In this document: positions 49,078-55,273 of the stretch, piece by piece
How the letters are laid out: each line of letters begins with the position of its first letter
Position numbering within the stretch: position 1 is the stretch's first letter
Assembly (NCBI RefSeq): GCF_001194135.2
Contig: NC_068986.1
Span: forward strand, 12,924,387-12,979,659
DNA: 55,273 nt
Direction: 5' to 3'
Source of the DNA: Octopus bimaculoides
Lineage: Eukaryota
Notes under the pieces: generated by a model
Database searches by the model: none
What the model was told of the DNA's origin: nothing
What the model saw: only the letters and a program-made list of their open reading frames with translations
Made by a program: the position numbers and the translations under genes

Positions 49078-49875
49078 CTGAAAAAAATATTCACAGGATA
49101 GTTTTATTTATTTTAAAATCTATTTTCAAATATAAAAAAAAAGGTAACATTAATACATTAACGAATGAAAATTTTTTAAATATGTATTTTATTTTACCAT
49201 TTTATGTATTCTGATGGTAATTCTAAATTGCTTTTTTCTTTTTTTGTGAAGACATATGTCACCACTTGTATATACATACAGCAACAGAGAAATGAGGGAG
49301 TTGCTAAGTGGTTGCTTGACCTGCTAAAAATAGCAGGCAAATTTCTGTGAAATCCCATTATGCCATCTTAAATAAAATCAGGACATATTAGTGTCATCTA
49401 TATACTGCTAAAATGGCTTTAGAATTATCATGGCTAGATTACCTTCTATTATTGGTCTGACTGATAAGAACTGATCTGAACTAATCTCTGTCGCTGTCTA
49501 TGTAATCTATTTTGGCATGGATTTCACAGCTGGATGCTCTTCTGAACATTGACAATTTCACAAACAGGACTAAAGACTCCCAGCTAAACTGAATCAATTT
49601 TTTTTCTTTTTAGGAGTTACCATTCTCCTAGATAGGTTACCTGCATACACCATCGCTTGAAGAGTCCGTATCTTCTCCATTGATTTACTCCTTCCTTTAT
49701 TGTAACCTCCACTTTTTCATGCTTGCATGGGTCAGAAGGAAGTTCAAGATGCTCTTCCTATCACAAACCCTCACTTGTTTCCAAAAAGATTGGAAACAAA
49801 CGACACTGCTTGTATGATGGTGAATTTCATTTACAACTACTTGGCACTGTCAAGACACAGAGACAAATACACACA

Positions 49876-49912
<37 letters not shown>

Positions 49913-50097
49913 CATACATACACAGGGCATCTTCAGTGTTTCTCAACTGAATCTACTCACAAGGCTTTGGTCAGCCTGGAATAATAATAGAAGACAAGTG
50001 CCAAGGTACCGTGCAGTTGGACTGAACCCAAAAGCACATGGTTGTGAAGTGAATTTCTCAATGTAATAAACAAAGAAAAAAAACAAACTCTACATAC

Positions 50098-50179
50098 CTG
50101 TTCAGGTAAAAAGAAAAGTTGATTAATAGAAACATCTTTCTTTTGCTGACCAACGAATTCTACACCTGGTGCGCCATAA
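50098..50179 (-). CDS. lgl: Lgl exon 1 (first visible): YGAPGVEFVGQQKKDVSINQLFFLPEQ
   Basis: Acceptor tttctag, donor CAG|gtatgt, 82 nt (1+27 codons); matches the Lgl N-terminal WD region. Confidence 0.92.
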
Positions 50180-50758
50180 CTAGAAACAGTTAAGAAAATT
50201 TTTAAAGGTAATTATTTACTCAACATCTTTTTATTTAAATTATGAAAAAAAAAAAGGAAGCCACATGGCCTGCTGGTTAGGGCGTTGCACTCACAATCAT
50301 AAGGCCATGGTTTTGATTCCTAGGCTGGGCAGTGCTTTGTATTCTTGAGCAAAACACTTCCTCTTCACACTGCTCCACCCCACTCAGCTGTTAATGATTA
50401 ACCCTGTGATGGACTGGTATCCCGTTCAGGAGGACTGCTTTGATCTCAGTCGCTTTATATACACATGGAAACCAGGTAACTGATCCTATAAGTCCCAAGA
50501 CTCAAAGACAGTACTTGACTTTTACGAGCTTAAACTATGGGAATTTCATTGTGTTATAATGTAAAATTAATCTATTTTATAGTTGTGTTTGTTCAACAAT
50601 GGAACTTCACCTGAGACTGAGTGTTGAAACTGAAATTCACATCATGGTAGAGTCATGTTAGCTTCACTTTGGTTTCTTTTTATAATCATTATTAATTTAA
50701 GATCTATTTTTTTCTGCATCAGTGTGAAGATATACAGAAATTAAAATCCAAATACATT

Positions 50759-50794
<36 letters not shown>

Positions 50795-51661
50795 TACATA
50801 TATATATATATATACACGTTGGGCTTTTGTACAATTTCCAATGAAGAAATTTCCCCCACAGGGCATTGATAGGACCAAAGTACAATGACATTTGCCCAAG
50901 GCACCACAAAGTGGGATGGAATCCAAAACCACATAATTGAACACTGCCTGCTCTGGGTGATGGAGAAATCCTCACAATGGACTCTGCAAATGGTCAGATA
51001 TGTCCAAAAGACAACAGCTCCATGAGTCAGCAATGCTCAAGCATTGCACAAATGCATGCAGTACAGCTTTGTTGCTCTGCGCACATCTTTGGCAACTGCC
51101 TGGCAGCACTTCTGTGCCAGTAGAGTTTATCATGTTGGACCAGCCGACTCCTCAGCAGCACTGCTAAGGCAGGAATTACTACGATAGTTTCTGTAAATTT
51201 CTGGCCAGAAAATCTTTTCAAATAGTTTAGTTAGTCCTGGCACAAGGCCAGCAATTTTGACAGAAAATGGTGAGTCAATTATGCCAACCTCAGTACTTGG
51301 CTTGTACTTAATTTTAATGACCCCAGAATGGAAGAAATACCATAAAGCATTTTTACCGATATTCTAATGATTCTGCCAGCTCACCACCAAATAATATTGG
51401 TTTCAAATTTTAGCACAAGATCGGCAATTTCGGAAAGGGGATAAGTCAGTAATATCAACCCCAGTGCTCAGTTGGCACTTATTTTGTTGACCCCAAAGTT
51501 GACCTTGCCAGAATTTGAACTAAGAACACAAACACTGACAAAATGTTGCTAAGCATTTTGCCCCAAAAGCTAACAATTCTGCCAGCTCACCACCTTAAAT
51601 AATAATAATAATAATCCCTTCTACTATAGGCACAAGGCCTGAAATTTTTTTTTTGGGGGGG

Positions 51662-52530
51662 NNNNNNNNNNNNNNNNNNNNNNNNNNNNNNNNNNNNNNN
51701 NNNNNNNNNNNNNNNNNNNNNNNNNNNNNNNNNNNNNNNNNNNNNNNNNNNNNNNNNNNNNNNNNNNNNNNNNNNNNNNNNNNNNNNNNNNNNNNNNNNN
51801 NNNNNNNNNNNNNNNNNNNNNNNNNNNNNNNNNNNNNNNNNNNNNNNNNNNNNNNNNNNNNNNNNNNNNNNNNNNNNNNNNNNNNNNNNNNNNNNNNNNN
51901 NNNNNNNNNNNNNNNNNNNNNNNNNNNNNNNNNNNNNNNNNNNNNNNNNNNNNNNNNNNNNNNNNNNNNNNNNNNNNNNNNNNNNNNNNNNNNNNNNNNN
52001 NNNNNNNNNNNNNNNNNNNNNNNNNNNNNNNNNNNNNNNNNNNNNNNNNNNNNNNNNNNNNNNNNNNNNNNNNNNNNNNNNNNNNNNNNNNNNNNNNNNN
52101 NNNNNNNNNNNNNNNNNNNNNNNNNNNNNNNNNNNNNNNNNNNNNNNNNNNNNNNNNNNNNNNNNNNNNNNNNNNNNNNNNNNNNNNNNNNNNNNNNNNN
52201 NNNNNNNNNNNNNNNNNNNNNNNNNNNNNNNNNNNNNNNNNNNNNNNNNNNNNNNNNNNNNNNNNNNNNNNNNNNNNNNNNNNNNNNNNNNNNNNNNNNN
52301 NNNNNNNNNNNNNNNNNNNNNNNNNNNNNNNNNNNNNNNNNNNNNNNNNNNNNNNNNNNNNNNNNNNNNNNNNNNNNNNNNNNNNNNNNNNNNNNNNNNN
52401 NNNNNNNNNNNNNNNNNNNNNNNNNNNNNNNNNNNNNNNNNNNNNNNNNNNNNNNNNNNNNNNNNNNNNNNNNNNNNNNNNNNNNNNNNNNNNNNNNNNN
52501 NNNNNNNNNNNNNNNNNNNNNNNNNNNNNN
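51662..52530. other. Assembly gap (N run)
   Basis: Run of N. Confidence 1.
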
Positions 52531-55273
52531 AGAAATGAAGATATAAAAATTAAACATGCATCATAAATTTTGTAAAGGAAAATGGGTTTTTGTTTGAGAA
52601 TATTTTTCCAAACAATGACAGACATTAGAAATTCCTCATATTTCCTATATCCTGTTTTATTTTAAGAATATAATGAGAATGTGGGTGGCAGCATCAGGTT
52701 GTGGGACTTTAACGAGGAAGCAATTTAGAGTAACGTGACCCAAGTTTTTTGTATGCAAAATGGAAATTGGAAGTTACAAACATTTTATATTCTGATGAGA
52801 AAGGAATGAGTTGGATGTTAGACATGGGGGCAGAGGAGCCTTTTGTTATTCTTTATCTTTTACTTGTTTCAGTTATTAGACTGTGGTCATGCTGGGGCAC
52901 TGCCTCGAAGAATTTTTTAGTTGAATGAACTGACCCCAGTACTTAATTATTGTTTTTTTTTTTTAATTGTGGCATTTATCAAATCAGTAACCTTTGCTGA
53001 AAGCGTTAAGTAATGGGGACATAAACACACCAACACCAGCGGTCAAGCAGTGGTGGAGGACCAATACAGACACAAAGACTCACATCTATACACATGTGGG
53101 TGTGTGGATGCGTGTATGTGTGTGTGTGTGTGTGTATATATGCGAGCGTGTGTATATGTGTGTGTGTATACATACATGTGTGTCTGTGTTTGTCCCCCTA
53201 CCACTGATTGACAACCGTTGTTAGTATGTTAACATCCCCGTAACTTAGCAGTTCAGCAAAAAGCGACCAACCAAATAAGTACCTATCTTAAAAAATAAGC
53301 ACAGGGGTCGATTTGTTCAACTGAAATTCTCCAAGGCAGTACTCCAGCATGGCCGCAGTCTGATGACCAAAACAAGTAAAAGAGAGAAGCATGCCACATC
53401 TCCCTATTTACAATCCAAGGTTGTAAAAGTCTATTTCTAAAGTTACTCGTCATATGAAGGACAACTCTCTTTTATCTTCATAACATGAGTTTTAATCCGA
53501 TTTTACTTTCGCCACATAAGCTCAAATCATTAAGATTACTGTTTCTCTTCACTATTCTAGTATACTTTTGGCTGATCTTATCCACAACATAACACTAAAT
53601 CTCTTAGCTGAGATAAAAATAACACCAATGTTGTCCTTTCATCTCTCTTACTCAACATAGCTTATTCTCTTCCTTCTACTCTCACTTCAATGAGTGCGCC
53701 ATATATACCTAAAGCTAAATACACAATGGCCACTTGCCCAGAGAATTGACTACAGCTTGAGACACTAAACACTTTTTAATCAAGCCTTCCCTAAACTAGA
53801 ACCTTCAGAATATCTTTTCTGCTTACATTTTCTATCAATAACTCAACTACAATAATTTAGCACCCTTCATCTTCATCATTTAATGTCCATTTTCCTTGCT
53901 GGCATGGGTTGGCAAGGTTTCTGCAGCAGGATACCCTTCCTAAAGCCAACCACTTTACAAAATGTATTGGGTGCTTTTTACATGGTACCAGCAGTTCTTG
54001 AACCAGGTGGATCCTGTCAAACTGACACTTGTCAGCATGGAAAGAAAAAAATGGATGTTAAAAGATGACGATAAATCCTAAGTATAACACAAAACCATAT
54101 ATTTGTAGAGAAGGAATTCGGTCTGATGAACTGATCCTAATATATTACTGGTAAACAGTAGTTGTTATAGTAGCAGAAGTAGTAATTTAACACCAGATAA
54201 GCCCTGAGAGAGAAGTCCTATAGACGAAGGTTTTTTTGTCACAATGAACCCTAACCCTGCAAGTAGTTTGTAATATACTCTCAATCAAATGTACCATTCC
54301 TTTTGGAAGACTATAGTGTTTGGTTTAACAGAGACCTGGCTACTATTTCTAGCAGGCCAAGCAACTACATAGAGGCACTTTAATTAGACTTGAGGGTTGA
54401 TGACAAAAATGGCGTCTGGCTGTAGAAAACATTCAACAAATTCAGTCCGATTTATGCAAGTATGGAAAAGCAGACTTTAAAACAAGGTTGATGATGTTAG
54501 TTCCCTTTATTTCCCACTTTCCCAACTTTCTGGAGAAATCATTTAACACAATTTCCTCAAAGAAATGCTTAATGGCGCTGCCGACCAAGACAACAGCTTG
54601 TGGTGTTGAGTTCTGCAGTGTTATGTCTTTTACAGGGGGTAGATTCTTGACAGCTAAACATAATGACGCATGTAAAGGATCCCATTACAAGAGCAACATG
54701 TCGGGGAAGTCTGATAGCTTATCCACTCAAATATTTGGCCTAGTTGCTGTTAGGAATTGAAATGAGTGAAGAATTGAACTGGGAAAACCAAAAGTTGCTG
54801 GTTACAGCAAAAGGAAGAGAAACAGCCAAGCATCAACATCATTGATTTAGCATCGACTTTTCCATGCTTGTAAGGGTCAGATGGAATTGGCTGAGGCAGA
54901 TTTTTTTTTAAGGCTGAATACCCTTTCCAGGTGCCAACACCCTCCAGTTTCCAAATAAGGTAACACATTCCCATGGACAAATGTTTTCACAGAAGACTGG
55001 AAACAAAAGACACTGCTCGTATGGTGGTGACACTTGTTTACAATTATCATGCAATGTCAAGGCAACCAACAGTTAAACACACACACACACACACATTACA
55101 TCCAACTCATTCCCCATTTCTAATTATCTGCCAAACTCTTTTCACTGATCTATACATCCACCTTTTCTGCTCTTCGATCCATTCCCATATTTGTTGTACA
55201 ATTTTGCATTGTACCTGGACCTCTCCCTCAGCCTCACGCATTCACTCGCCCACTGGCACATGTACTCGCCCAC

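Larger units (their letters stand above)
1036..50179 (-). other. lgl: lethal(2) giant larvae (Lgl/LLGL) gene, 18 coding exons visible, 5'-incomplete
   Basis: Hand-spliced translation gives Lgl hallmark motifs: YGAPGVEF, GPFPCKAI, FSGGMPRASYGD, EPHALVVL, LLLTGHEDGTIRFWDAS, WPPFKKVGSFDPYSDDPR, the polybasic SRRISFKKSLRESFRRLRKSR, AKEIKLRHRAPV and CSEEQFKVFSLP. Splice phases match across all checkable junctions. Confidence 0.96.

Noticed and set aside
1036-50179. Tomosyn/STXBP5 instead of Lgl
   Set aside because: The two share WD40/LLGL domains, but FSGGMPRASYGD, DPYSDDPR, WKGH, the polybasic SLRESFRRLR motif and AKEIKLRHRAPV are Lgl-type, and no R-SNARE helix is seen.
50180-55273. Upstream Lgl exon(s) carrying the start codon and the GFP..PSALA motif
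   Set aside because: Not found in the readable sequence. They may lie in the 51662-52530 gap or beyond the window. The ORFs at 51027-51221 and 54488-54760 show no Lgl similarity.
1-55273. CRISPR array, prophage or other prokaryotic system
   Set aside because: The window is spliceosomal eukaryotic DNA; its repeats are dispersed SINEs/MITEs and microsatellites, with no regular repeat-spacer array or operon.

Overview
AT-rich, microsatellite- and SINE-dense eukaryotic DNA with four N gaps. The repeat families look like those of an octopod cephalopod; this is inferred from familiarity with Octopus repeats, not proven. One protein-coding gene spans almost the whole window on the minus strand: lethal(2) giant larvae (Lgl/LLGL1-2 orthologue), a WD40 polarity protein. 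I reconstructed 18 coding exons between about 50179 and 1040 by hand. All are bounded by AG/GT and all checkable junctions are phase-compatible, giving roughly 900+ aa. The N-terminal exon(s) are not visible, exon 3 is cut by an assembly gap, and the C-terminus is ambiguous. Apart from ORFs overlapping these exons and two RTE-LINE fragments, the ORF track is repeat or gap noise. The introns hold several tRNA-derived SINE families with swapped modules, (GAT)n-tailed retroposons, RTE-LINE 3' fragments, TTAA-flanked piggyBac-type MITEs (some nested), mariner and hAT MITEs, long palindromes and a decayed 5S rRNA copy. I see no convincing new multi-gene system. The best leads are a possible 5S-tRNA chimeric SINE, SINE module shuffling and strand bias, long intronic dsRNA structures, a near-identical duplication flanking one exon, and possible truncated Lgl isoforms. 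Repeat coordinates are approximate; exon coordinates were counted base by base.
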